A stretch of 54,809 nt of DNA from an uncultured Victivallales bacterium (GTDB taxonomy: Bacteria; Verrucomicrobiota; Kiritimatiellia; UBA8416; JABMPJ01): NCBI GenBank assembly GCA_964345005.1, contig CAYFPQ010000014.1:1-54809 (forward strand), read 5' to 3'. The first letter of the stretch is position 1, and every line of letters begins with the position of its first letter. Below are positions 47,412-54,809 of the stretch, in pieces. Below the pieces are notes generated by a model. It was not told the DNA's origin. It did no database searches and worked only from the letters and a program-made list of their open reading frames with translations. The translations under genes and the position numbers were made by a program.

Positions 47412-48007
47412 CGACCATCGAGACGCTTCTCAGGCAGGTATCAGCGTTGTTCGATAAGCAGAATCGATCTTGGGCACTGGTCGGAGGCTTGGCCGTATCC
47501 GCGCGGACAGAGCCGCGCTTTACGCGCGACATCGACCTTGCATTGGCTGTTGCAACCGATTCAGAGGCCGAGCATTTGGTTCGCGATCTCGAGTCGGTGG
47601 GATTGCGCGTGCAGGCCATTGTAGAGCAGGAAGAGGTCGACCGACTCGCCACGGCACGTCTGGTTCCATCCGGGGACCCGCCACAGGGCCTCATGCTGGA
47701 TCTTCTCTTTGCTTCGTCAGGTATCGAAGTGGAAGTATGTGAGGAAGCAGAACGATTGCAGGTGATTCCCGATTGCACGATTCCAGTGGCAAGGTTACAC
47801 CATCTCATAGCGCTCAAGGTACTGGCACGCGATGATCGAACACGCCCTCAGGATGCCGCCGATCTTCAACAGCTAATGACGGTGGCACAGGAATCCGATC
47901 TGGAAGCCGCCTGTGCCTGCGTACGCCTGATTGAAGCGCGGGGATTCAATCGTTCCCGCAATCTGGTCGAAGCACTGATGAATGCCTGGCATGCGTTCAG
48001 ACCTTGA
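47408..48007 (+). CDS. minimal Pol-beta-superfamily nucleotidyltransferase
   Basis: 199 aa. VGGLAVSARTEPRFTRDIDL (G-G/S ... DxD) followed by a helical C-terminal domain. Confidence 0.72.
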   Translation: MTTIETLLRQVSALFDKQNRSWALVGGLAVSARTEPRFTRDIDLALAVATDSEAEHLVRDLESVGLRVQAIVEQEEVDRLATARLVPSGDPPQGLMLDLLFASSGIEVEVCEEAERLQVIPDCTIPVARLHHLIALKVLARDDRTRPQDAADLQQLMTVAQESDLEAACACVRLIEARGFNRSRNLVEALMNAWHAFRP

Positions 48008-48152
48008 TTCCTCCTACATCTTCGTGCCGGACAACGTGCATGAAGGCCCGGTCCTATGGGAAATGATCGGCCAGTTCGTTTCGGTGACGGGCATCGTCGG
48101 CGACCGCATGGTCCTGAACATTCGGCTGGCCAGTGCATGGCGTGATTGTTAG
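47991..48152 (+). CDS. possible 53-aa ORF bridging the two NTase modules (not in the ORF track)
   Basis: Hand translation: MRSDLDSSYIFVPDNVHEGPVLWEMIGQFVSVTGIVGDRMVLNIRLASAWRDC. Strong G/C third-position bias. Overlaps the previous stop by 17 nt. Confidence 0.25.
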   Translation: MRSDLDSSYIFVPDNVHEGPVLWEMIGQFVSVTGIVGDRMVLNIRLASAWRDC

Positions 48153-48714
48153 CTTCTTAAGCGTGCAACACGAACGGGCAACGTTGGCTTCACGGCTGGG
48201 CAAGACGGTTCATGTTTCGCCGCTTCGAATGAAGGTCGCGGCTCTACGGCAACGCTTTCCGTGCGCCTGCGCGGAGGAGATCGAAGATTGGCTCGTGGCT
48301 GTGGCCAATGCGAGAGGAGCGCAAGTGGTCATGCTGCCACATGAATCGGTATCGGCTTTCCATGCTCCGCCACTTGATGCACTGTCCTGCGAGGAGCTGG
48401 TGGTATCGATTTGCGGGCTCCAGTGTCTCGATCGGCCGCAGATGCTGAGACTGGCCGCGCAGTTCATCTCGCGAAACGCCGTGGACGCGGAAGCTTTGCT
48501 TCTGGTCGCAAGACGCGAAAGGGTCGAGCCCGTTCTTGCCGAACTCTCCAGGCAGGCGCTCAAGGTGAACCCGAACCATACGTTGTGGAGGCAGATTCAA
48601 GATGCCTTTCTCGATTACGGAGTTCGAGAGCCGCTCTTGCACTGGACTCGCTTGGCAGAGCCTCTTATGGAGAAGGGGCGGTGCAACGCCGTGTCATGGA
48701 GGCTGGTGGCATGA
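48133..48714 (+). CDS. hypothetical protein, partner of the DUF6036-like NTase (start may be ATG 48229)
   Basis: 193-aa ORF with GTG start. No recognisable motif. 4-nt ATGA overlap with the next gene. Confidence 0.5.
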   Translation: MHGVIVSFLSVQHERATLASRLGKTVHVSPLRMKVAALRQRFPCACAEEIEDWLVAVANARGAQVVMLPHESVSAFHAPPLDALSCEELVVSICGLQCLDRPQMLRLAAQFISRNAVDAEALLLVARRERVEPVLAELSRQALKVNPNHTLWRQIQDAFLDYGVREPLLHWTRLAEPLMEKGRCNAVSWRLVA

Positions 48715-49277
48715 CGCATCCCCAACGGATACTGGCGACGTTGGATTCAGCGCTCACAAGCCGTGTAGAACTGACTCTTTACGGGCGTGCGGCGCTGTTC
48801 CTCGGTTATGAAGATGCTCCGGCGCAATACGCCTTGAGTCTTGATGTTGATGCCGTGATGTGGATCGGTCAGGCGGAGGAACTGAGTGAAACAACCGACT
48901 TCTGGGAGGCCGTGGACAAGACGAATGCCGAATTGGCTGGGGATGGTCTGTATGTGAGCCACTTCTTCACCGAAGACCAGGTTGCCCTGCGTCCGACTTG
49001 GCGAGAACACCGGGTTGCCTTGGTGGGCGACTGGCTGCATCTGGATCTCTTCAGGCTTGGAGACCTCGACTTGCTGCTCAGTAAGCTCATGCGGAACGAC
49101 CCCTTGGATTTTTCCGATGCACAATTCATTATCGAACGCGCCGGATTGACCGAGGAGAACGTACGAAAAGCCATCGCGGATGTACGTTTGCCCGAGTCCG
49201 TGGAAGTACGCGATGAATTCAGAGATGCTTCCGCGCAGCTTCTGTCGTCACTTGCCGCTTCGAACAGATCCGAATAG
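48711..49277 (+). CDS. DUF6036-like nucleotidyltransferase-fold protein
   Basis: ATG 48711 within track ORF 48411-49277. LTLYGRAALFLGY...ALSLDVDAV resembles the G(S/R)xA...DxD NTase signature. Confidence 0.62.
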   Translation: MTHPQRILATLDSALTSRVELTLYGRAALFLGYEDAPAQYALSLDVDAVMWIGQAEELSETTDFWEAVDKTNAELAGDGLYVSHFFTEDQVALRPTWREHRVALVGDWLHLDLFRLGDLDLLLSKLMRNDPLDFSDAQFIIERAGLTEENVRKAIADVRLPESVEVRDEFRDASAQLLSSLAASNRSE

Positions 49278-49629
49278 AAGAAGTACCGAAAACCGTTCCT
49301 TGGGCACCGGGCTTGGCCACCCTCACATCGGCCATTCGAACACGTACATCCCCGAGGCATATTTCGGCGATGCGTTCGGCGAGACGTTCCACAAGCAAGA
49401 ACGATGAGCCATCGACCATCGCGATTACGTTCTTCTTGATGGCCTTGTAGTCCACGGTGTCATCAATATCGTCCGTCTTCCCTGCCTTGCGAAGGTCGGC
49501 ATGCAGCGTGATATTGATCACCACGTCCTGCTTCTCGCGCCGCTCCTCGTCATAGATACCGATGATGCACCGCTGCAGCAGATCGCGAATATGAATTCTG
49601 TCCAGGCAATCGGTGTTCGAAAGCGTCAT
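49219..49629 (-). CDS. dihydroneopterin aldolase paralogue or partial duplicate (copy 2, divergent C-terminus)
   Basis: 136 aa. Short native-looking N-terminus (MTLSNTDCLDRIHIRDLL...), core identical to copy 1. After VAKPGA the sequence diverges and overlaps the convergent NTase gene end by 59 nt. Confidence 0.55.
   Translation of the reverse strand: MTLSNTDCLDRIHIRDLLQRCIIGIYDEERREKQDVVINITLHADLRKAGKTDDIDDTVDYKAIKKNVIAMVDGSSFLLVERLAERIAEICLGDVRVRMADVRVAKPGAQGTVFGTSSIRICSKRQVTTEAARKHL
49300..49612. repeat. folB direct duplication, right copy
   Basis: See 46750-47060. Same orientation, 2554-bp offset. Confidence 0.85.
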
Positions 49630-49875
49630 CGTGCTCTCCAGTTACTTGGGTGCAGGATAGTGCATCTGTGTGTGGAGCGCAAATGTTGAGATGGAGGCTC
49701 CGGAGACAGGGTCAGACCTAGAAACTAGAAAATAGGTGTTTGTTCCGATGTGTGGACGAGGTGGGGGGATGGCGTTGCCACCCACTTCGTTGGGGCCGGA
49801 GAACATAGGCTTGCCAACGGAACGAGATCTGTGCAATCTGATAGAGCAACTATCATATTGTACAGGAGGTGAGGC

Positions 49876-51048
49876 GTGATAAAGCGGATTGCAGAACAAG
49901 AACTGAGGACACTGGCGCGCGAGTTTCGGGCTGTTGTCGTGACAGGCCCCAGGCAGTCAGGAAAGACCACTCTGGTGCAGAAGGTGTTTCCTCGGAAGCC
50001 TTATGTCCTGTTAGAGGACCCGGATACACGTGCTTTTGCCAAGGAGGACCCGCGCCGCTTCTTGAATCAATTTCCCAAGGGCGCTGTTCTTGATGAAGTC
50101 CACCGCGCTCCGGAGTTGCTTTCGTACATCCAAGGTATTGTGGACAGGACCAAGATGATGGGGCAGTTCGTTCTCACCGGATCCTGCAATTTCAGGCTCA
50201 TGGAGTCGATTACGCAGTCACTTGCAGGCCGGGCTGGAATCCTTGAGTTGCTTCCATTCTGCCTCAGGGAACTGCAGAAGGCGTCTTGTGAACCGGCAGA
50301 TCTAGACAATTTGATTTTTCGAGGACTGTACCCGGCCATATACGACACGGAGCCTCGGGTTTCACGCTGGTACAATGCCTATATCGCGACTTATCTGGAG
50401 CGCGATGTGCGGCAGTTGGTCAATGTGAAGGATATCGACATGTTCAGGCGCTTCATGGGGTTGTGTGCCGCGAATACCGGTCAGTTGCTCAACACGGTCC
50501 GCTTGGGGGCCGATTGCGGTGTTCACCACAACACGATTCGGTCATGGCTGAGCGTCCTCGAGACCAGCTATCTCGTGTTTCGTCTGCAACCCCATTTCCG
50601 GAATTTCCGGAAACGTCTGGTGAAGACGCCAAAGCTCTATTTTGTTGATACCGGGTTGGCGGCGCAGTTGTTGGGAATTGAGAATGAACAACAATTGGCA
50701 ACACACCCGTTGCGGGGTGCGTTGTTTGAGAATTGGTGTGTTGTGGAGTTGTTGAAGCTGCGCCTTAATCGAGGGATGTCACCGAATCTGCATTTCTGGC
50801 GGAACAACGCAGGGATCGAGATCGACGTGATCGTCGATCATGGGGCTAAGCTTCTGCCGGTCGAGATCAAGTCGGGCGCTACGGTAGCGTCCGATTGGTT
50901 TGCCGGCATGAAGAAGTGGCAAGCATTGGCCGGTGACAAGAGTCAGAGAGGTTTTGTTGTCTATGGCGGAGAGGAATCACAGAAGAGAAAAGAAGCTGCG
51001 GTGGTACCTTGGCGTGAGATAGACAGAATCCTGGCAACAGGCGAATGA
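49876..51048 (+). CDS. AAA+ ATPase with DUF4143-type C-terminal domain
   Basis: 390 aa, GTG start. Walker A GPRQSGKTTL, Walker B VLDEV. C-terminal restriction-endonuclease-like segment (EIDVIVD...PVEIK). Confidence 0.85.
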   Translation: MIKRIAEQELRTLAREFRAVVVTGPRQSGKTTLVQKVFPRKPYVLLEDPDTRAFAKEDPRRFLNQFPKGAVLDEVHRAPELLSYIQGIVDRTKMMGQFVLTGSCNFRLMESITQSLAGRAGILELLPFCLRELQKASCEPADLDNLIFRGLYPAIYDTEPRVSRWYNAYIATYLERDVRQLVNVKDIDMFRRFMGLCAANTGQLLNTVRLGADCGVHHNTIRSWLSVLETSYLVFRLQPHFRNFRKRLVKTPKLYFVDTGLAAQLLGIENEQQLATHPLRGALFENWCVVELLKLRLNRGMSPNLHFWRNNAGIEIDVIVDHGAKLLPVEIKSGATVASDWFAGMKKWQALAGDKSQRGFVVYGGEESQKRKEAAVVPWREIDRILATGE

Positions 51049-51089
51049 GTGGCTACAAGGGCAGACCCGAAAGCTTTCTGTGACAGGAT

Positions 51090-51500
51090 GAACAGGATTG
51101 CCGGCCCTGATTGCGCCTGCATATCGTGTCGGCTGGCATTGGGGGTTGCGCGTCAGGTTTGTGGTCGTGGTGTGGATCCAGATGCTTGCAGCGGCCTTGG
51201 CCTGTTTGCCTATCTTCCGCTGGCCACACTGTCTATCGCCGGCGTGGTGCAGCTTGTGCGGACGCGTTATCGTCTCGGGTTGTGGATGTCAGGCATGGTC
51301 CTGATGCACTGGGCTCTGGTGGGCATCTTCCCGGACTGGCGAGGGGGGTTATGTCCGCCGCTGCGATACTGGATTCCGGTGGCTGCGCTTTTCGCCGCTC
51401 CCTGTGCCGCCATTCTGGCTGCGGTTCGTGCCGCATGGTTTCGGGCAACGGCCGTGGCATTGATGCGGTGCGGGTCGAACTGCTTGAGAAGGTGTTGGCC
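51090..51500 (+). pseudogene. remnant of a paralogue of the 53150-54685 membrane protein (5' truncated, ~160-codon internal deletion, frameshift)
   Basis: PALIAPAYRVGWHWGLRVRFVVVVWIQMLAAALACL (frame of 51098) matches PALITPAYRIGWHWGKRVRFTVVIWLQMLAALLACL. LFAYLPLA...GIFPDWRGGLCPPLRYWIPVAALFAAPC (frame of 51049) matches residues ~345-440 of the intact gene. Confidence 0.68.
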
Positions 51501-51698
51501 TCTAACTGCTGCCGAAGCATCTTGCTCAGGCAGCGACAACGAGAGGAACTTGAACCGGCGGCGTAGATGCCGCCGACATGACCATGAAGACGGCGATCAC
51601 AGAACAGGTGTGTCAACGTCCGGCGAAAGATGGCCCGACCAAGGCCCTTTGCCCGCGGAAATGCCGCGACAGCCGCACCTCACGGCCCGAACCGCGCC

Positions 51699-51754
51699 TG
51701 AACTCTGAACTCCGAACTCTGAACACCCCCATCCGAAACCCTTTTCGGATGGGG
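51699..51754. repeat. heptamer tract (YGAACYC)x4 followed by a 12-bp-stem hairpin
   Basis: tgaactc tgaactc cgaactc tgaacac (51699-51726), then CCCCATCCGAAA-ccct-TTTCGGATGGGG (51727-51754). Confidence 0.55.
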
Positions 51755-51760
51755 TCTAGA

Positions 51761-51957
51761 TAGGCTCTCAAGATTGCGCTTGGCACTGCGTAGTTTGGGG
51801 TCCTTGCTCAGAGCCGTTTCGAATCTTGCTCTAGCCTGTAATCGATCACCCACGGAGAGGAAGACGGCACCGGCGGCGTTATCGTATTCTGCCGAGGACT
51901 GACTCCCCGTGAGGGCCGGGTCAGATTCGTACGCATTAAGGAAGTCTTGAGCTGGTT
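51761..51957 (-). pseudogene. C-terminal TPR-repeat fragment without start
   Basis: Hand translation of the minus strand: ...AEYDNAAGAVFLSVGDRLQARARFETALSKDPKLRSAKRNLESL. Bounded upstream by an in-frame TAA, with no start codon. Confidence 0.4.
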
Positions 51958-52445
51958 ATGCCGGACGGAACTGTCCTAGATCATGCTGCTGCACAGGTCG
52001 ACCCGCACATAGACCTGAGCGAGTATGGGCGCTCTGAGTTCTTGAGGGTTAGGGAGCCCGTTCCCGGCGTCTGGACGGTCCGCATCGCTTGGAATACACC
52101 ACCAACCTCCTCAACACATCGGCATGGTCATGCTGTTACATTGCTATCCCCCCACGCCAACAACCAACTCATGGGACGATCCCTGCAGCGATGTTGCCAG
52201 GAACCGCTTCTACCGACTGCGCGCAACCCGGTAAAATCCACGTATCTTCCGCCCCGATTTCGGCTCTACCGAGTCAACTCATTACCAAGCATGGAGTGTA
52301 GGGCATAGGTCATATCGGTGGTTGACGGTGTCTGCTGCCACGTGAATACTGGAGTGTATTACCGATGAGGCCGGGGGGAGGTGCTGTAGTCGCAGGTCAC
52401 GGCCCGCAGCTGAGCCAGAATGGGATACCACAGGAAACCACGGAG

Positions 52446-53150
52446 ATGAGACGGTTCATAGCAGTGGTGCTCCTTCTGTTGTCCGTTGTCCTGCTCGCCG
52501 GATGCGACGATGACGGATCGCCTGTAATCTCCATTGCCGATGCTCATGATTTTGGTGACAATAACCGAGCGCTTGTTGTGATCATGGGTGATAGCATTAC
52601 CTATGGCATTGACGTAACCCCGTACCCCGAGATGCTAGGGAGCCTGGTTCCCTTGGCGATCGTAAACGAAGGAATCAGTGGCGAACGTGCGTTCGAGGGA
52701 GCTGATCGCGTGAACGAGGTGCTTGCACGCTACAGGCCCGGCTATCTTTTCGTCCTATATGGCGCCAATGATGTTATTCATTCCAGGCGTGCCGATAGAA
52801 TTGCCGAGGATCTCCGGGCCATTGTGCATGCATCCAAGGCGGCGAAGACCATTCCGATCGTGTGTACGTTGACACCCATGGCGCGTGCGCGCGGTGTGTT
52901 CGACGAAGCCGTCAAATCTGTCAGTCACTTCATCCGTGCGATGGCGGCAGAAGAAGATGTTCTGGTTGTGGACCTGGAGGTCATCTTCGACGGTTTCGAT
53001 AACGACGAGGATCCTTTTGTCATGGAGGCGGACGACCTCTTGCAGTGGGATGGTCTGCACCCCAATGAGATCGGGAACTGGGAGATCGCCCTGGCATTCG
53101 CCGATATGCTTGCTGACATCGACGGCAGTGTTGTTGTGAGTCAGCCCTAA
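52446..53150 (+). CDS. SGNH/GDSL hydrolase lipoprotein
   Basis: Start at ATG 52446. Lipobox LLAGC. Blocks VVIMGDSITYG, LYGANDV, WDGLHPN. Confidence 0.8.
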   Translation: MRRFIAVVLLLLSVVLLAGCDDDGSPVISIADAHDFGDNNRALVVIMGDSITYGIDVTPYPEMLGSLVPLAIVNEGISGERAFEGADRVNEVLARYRPGYLFVLYGANDVIHSRRADRIAEDLRAIVHASKAAKTIPIVCTLTPMARARGVFDEAVKSVSHFIRAMAAEEDVLVVDLEVIFDGFDNDEDPFVMEADDLLQWDGLHPNEIGNWEIALAFADMLADIDGSVVVSQP

Positions 53151-54685
53151 TGGAGCCTTTGGAGCGCAGCGTGGATATGGAGAACCGTTATGATCTTCGC
53201 GGGTGGCGTGGTGTTGCATCCTGGTGCGCGCTCTACCTGCTGTTTCTTGTTATCTACTTCTGCTTGCGCGGCCCGGGAATCACTCATGATCCGACTTCGA
53301 ATGACCGTTTCTACCACTTGACGGGAGATGAGCCGCACTACCTGTTGCTGGCCCACAGTATGGCCTTTGATACGGATGTGGATCTACACAACAACAAGAA
53401 GGATCGGGATTGGGAGGCATTCTCGCACAAGAAGATAAGCGGCTACACAAAGCGCAAATCTTACTGGCTTAAGTTTGCACGTGGGCATGTCAAGAATGGC
53501 TCGGATGAGTACTGGGCACGACGCGCATATTCGATATGCCCCGTAGGTTTGCCGGCGCTCATTACCCCCGCTTATCGCATCGGTTGGCATTGGGGGAAAC
53601 GGGTTCGATTCACAGTGGTGATATGGCTTCAGATGCTCGCGGCGCTGTTGGCGTGTCTCTGTGTCTGGATGGCGTTGAGGGTTACGCATAACTGGTTCGC
53701 ATCGCTGTTGGTTGGGGTGGCAATCCCGCTCTCGGGGCCGCTGCTTTACTACACAAACCAGATATACACGGACCTTCCTGCCGGACTCTGTATAGCAGCA
53801 AGTTTCTGGCTCATCTCCCGCGCGCAATCGCGCCTGCAGCAGAAGAAGTCTTGTACGATGGCCTTGTTCTCGCTTGGGCTGGTGCTGTCTCTGCTTCTCT
53901 GGCTGCACACAAAGTTCTGGCTACATGCGGCGGTGTTGGTTGTCTGTGCCGTGACAGAGCTGAATGCGAACAGGGGCATGAACCGTCGCTCGCAGTGGCT
54001 CTGCATGGCGGCACCCTTGGCGGCTTCATTTGCCGCAGTCAGTTTCTATCACTACCTGCTCTATGGGGTCCCCCTGCCGGTGTCTGTGCATCCGGAGCTG
54101 TCTGTGGCAGCCGGGCTCGCAAGGGGGTGGCCCGGGCTGTGGTTTGACAGGGACAGCGGTCTCTTCGCCTACATTCCCCTGGCTGTGCTCTTCGTGTCAG
54201 GTGTGGCGGAGCTCATACGTATCCGTCATCGACTTGGGTTGTGGATGACCGGAATGATTCTTGTGCATTGGGCGGCTGTGGGCATCTTCCCGGACTGGCG
54301 AGGAGGGCTCTGTCCTCCCCTACGTTACTGGGTTCCTGTCGTGGCGCTATTTGCAGCGCCCTGCAGCGCGATCATAGGAGCGGTTCGCACGACGTGGTTT
54401 CGCCTGCTGGCGGCACTTACCGCCGCCACGGGCATCTGGTTTGGCGTGGTGGGCATGCTGCATTCCGGGCGGCTGTACGATTATTACCATCCTGTCATGC
54501 ACAGAGTTCTCTACCGATGGCCGTGGATACGGTATTCACGCTGGTCGCCGCTCTTCAATGGCCAGCAGCCGATCCATACCGCGGTCACCGCCGTGCTGGC
54601 GGCAACAGGAGTGATCGTTGTCACGATCGTTGCCTTAAGGCTGGTAAGAACGTCGCGGATCAATGAGAGGTACGGACTTGTCTAA
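53150..54685 (+). CDS. large polytopic membrane protein, GT-C/ArnT-like (putative glycosyltransferase)
   Basis: 511 aa, at least 10 TM. First periplasmic loop has GDEPHYLLLAHSMAFDTD (acidic DE motif as in GT-C enzymes). Start shares the TAATG with the SGNH stop. Confidence 0.6.
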   Translation: MEPLERSVDMENRYDLRGWRGVASWCALYLLFLVIYFCLRGPGITHDPTSNDRFYHLTGDEPHYLLLAHSMAFDTDVDLHNNKKDRDWEAFSHKKISGYTKRKSYWLKFARGHVKNGSDEYWARRAYSICPVGLPALITPAYRIGWHWGKRVRFTVVIWLQMLAALLACLCVWMALRVTHNWFASLLVGVAIPLSGPLLYYTNQIYTDLPAGLCIAASFWLISRAQSRLQQKKSCTMALFSLGLVLSLLLWLHTKFWLHAAVLVVCAVTELNANRGMNRRSQWLCMAAPLAASFAAVSFYHYLLYGVPLPVSVHPELSVAAGLARGWPGLWFDRDSGLFAYIPLAVLFVSGVAELIRIRHRLGLWMTGMILVHWAAVGIFPDWRGGLCPPLRYWVPVVALFAAPCSAIIGAVRTTWFRLLAALTAATGIWFGVVGMLHSGRLYDYYHPVMHRVLYRWPWIRYSRWSPLFNGQQPIHTAVTAVLAATGVIVVTIVALRLVRTSRINERYGLV

Positions 54686-54809
54686 TCGCGCTGCTTTGCA
54701 TCACCCGGGATCGTTGAGACATCCATTAACGCTGCTTCACATCGAACCGAATTTCAAATACCTTTGGCTAGCGTTGAGAGAGCCGGGCGCAACCATGTTC
54801 TTTGCGCTT

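Noticed and set aside
51049-51708. 219-aa ORF immediately after the AAA ATPase gene, considered as a partner gene.
   Set aside because: The translation is a mosaic. Only its middle part matches the GT-C-like paralogue, another piece of the same paralogue sits in a different frame, and the tail is Arg-rich noise. Called as a pseudogene remnant instead.

Overview
High-GC (~60%) bacterial chromosomal window. Most of it is housekeeping, interrupted by four small accessory or decaying patches.

Core content:
- Nitrogen assimilation: type III glutamine synthetase behind a sigma-54 promoter, gltB-gltD, a type I glnA and two Na+-coupled solute/amino-acid symporters.
- Nucleotide-sugar genes: a GDP-mannose-3,5-epimerase-like enzyme, PMM/PGM, and a glucuronokinase-like GHMP kinase overlapping galU.
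- Single genes: typA, birA, gloB, folE-folB.

The most system-like feature is a gap-free 9-gene minus-strand operon (40530->32065). It encodes, in order: GltD/NfnB-like flavoprotein-ferredoxin, CcoS, Rieske, cytochrome b, heptahaem cytochrome c, CcoN, CcoO, a 48-aa TM ORF and an HCxxMCG membrane protein. There is no cytochrome c1 and no CcoP.

Accessory patches:
1. tRNA-Thr(CGU) is followed by two further direct copies of its 3' half. This marks tandem, integrase-less, decayed islands carrying a class II Fic, AbiEi/AbiEii and a gutted AEP-primase/SF2-helicase gene.
2. vapBC abuts an internally deleted MFS gene.
3. A patch with brnT(5'-damaged)/brnA, a PIN-RHH pair and a protein-kinase fragment.
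4. A 2.1-kb, five-ORF, fully overlapping cassette with two Pol-beta-type nucleotidyltransferases is bracketed by a direct partial duplication of folB (170 bp identical). It is followed by a DUF4143-type AAA ATPase and a stretch of gene fragments.

Small repeat families are interspersed: an ~80-bp palindromic REP-like element (3 copies), imperfect heptamer YGAACYC tracts (3 loci), and a structured tandem element next to the last att copy.

I saw no rRNA, CRISPR array, transposase, integrase or reverse transcriptase. Taxonomy cannot be fixed from the sequence alone. All homology statements are motif recognition by eye, not database searches. Hand-derived coordinates may be off by 1-2 nt.
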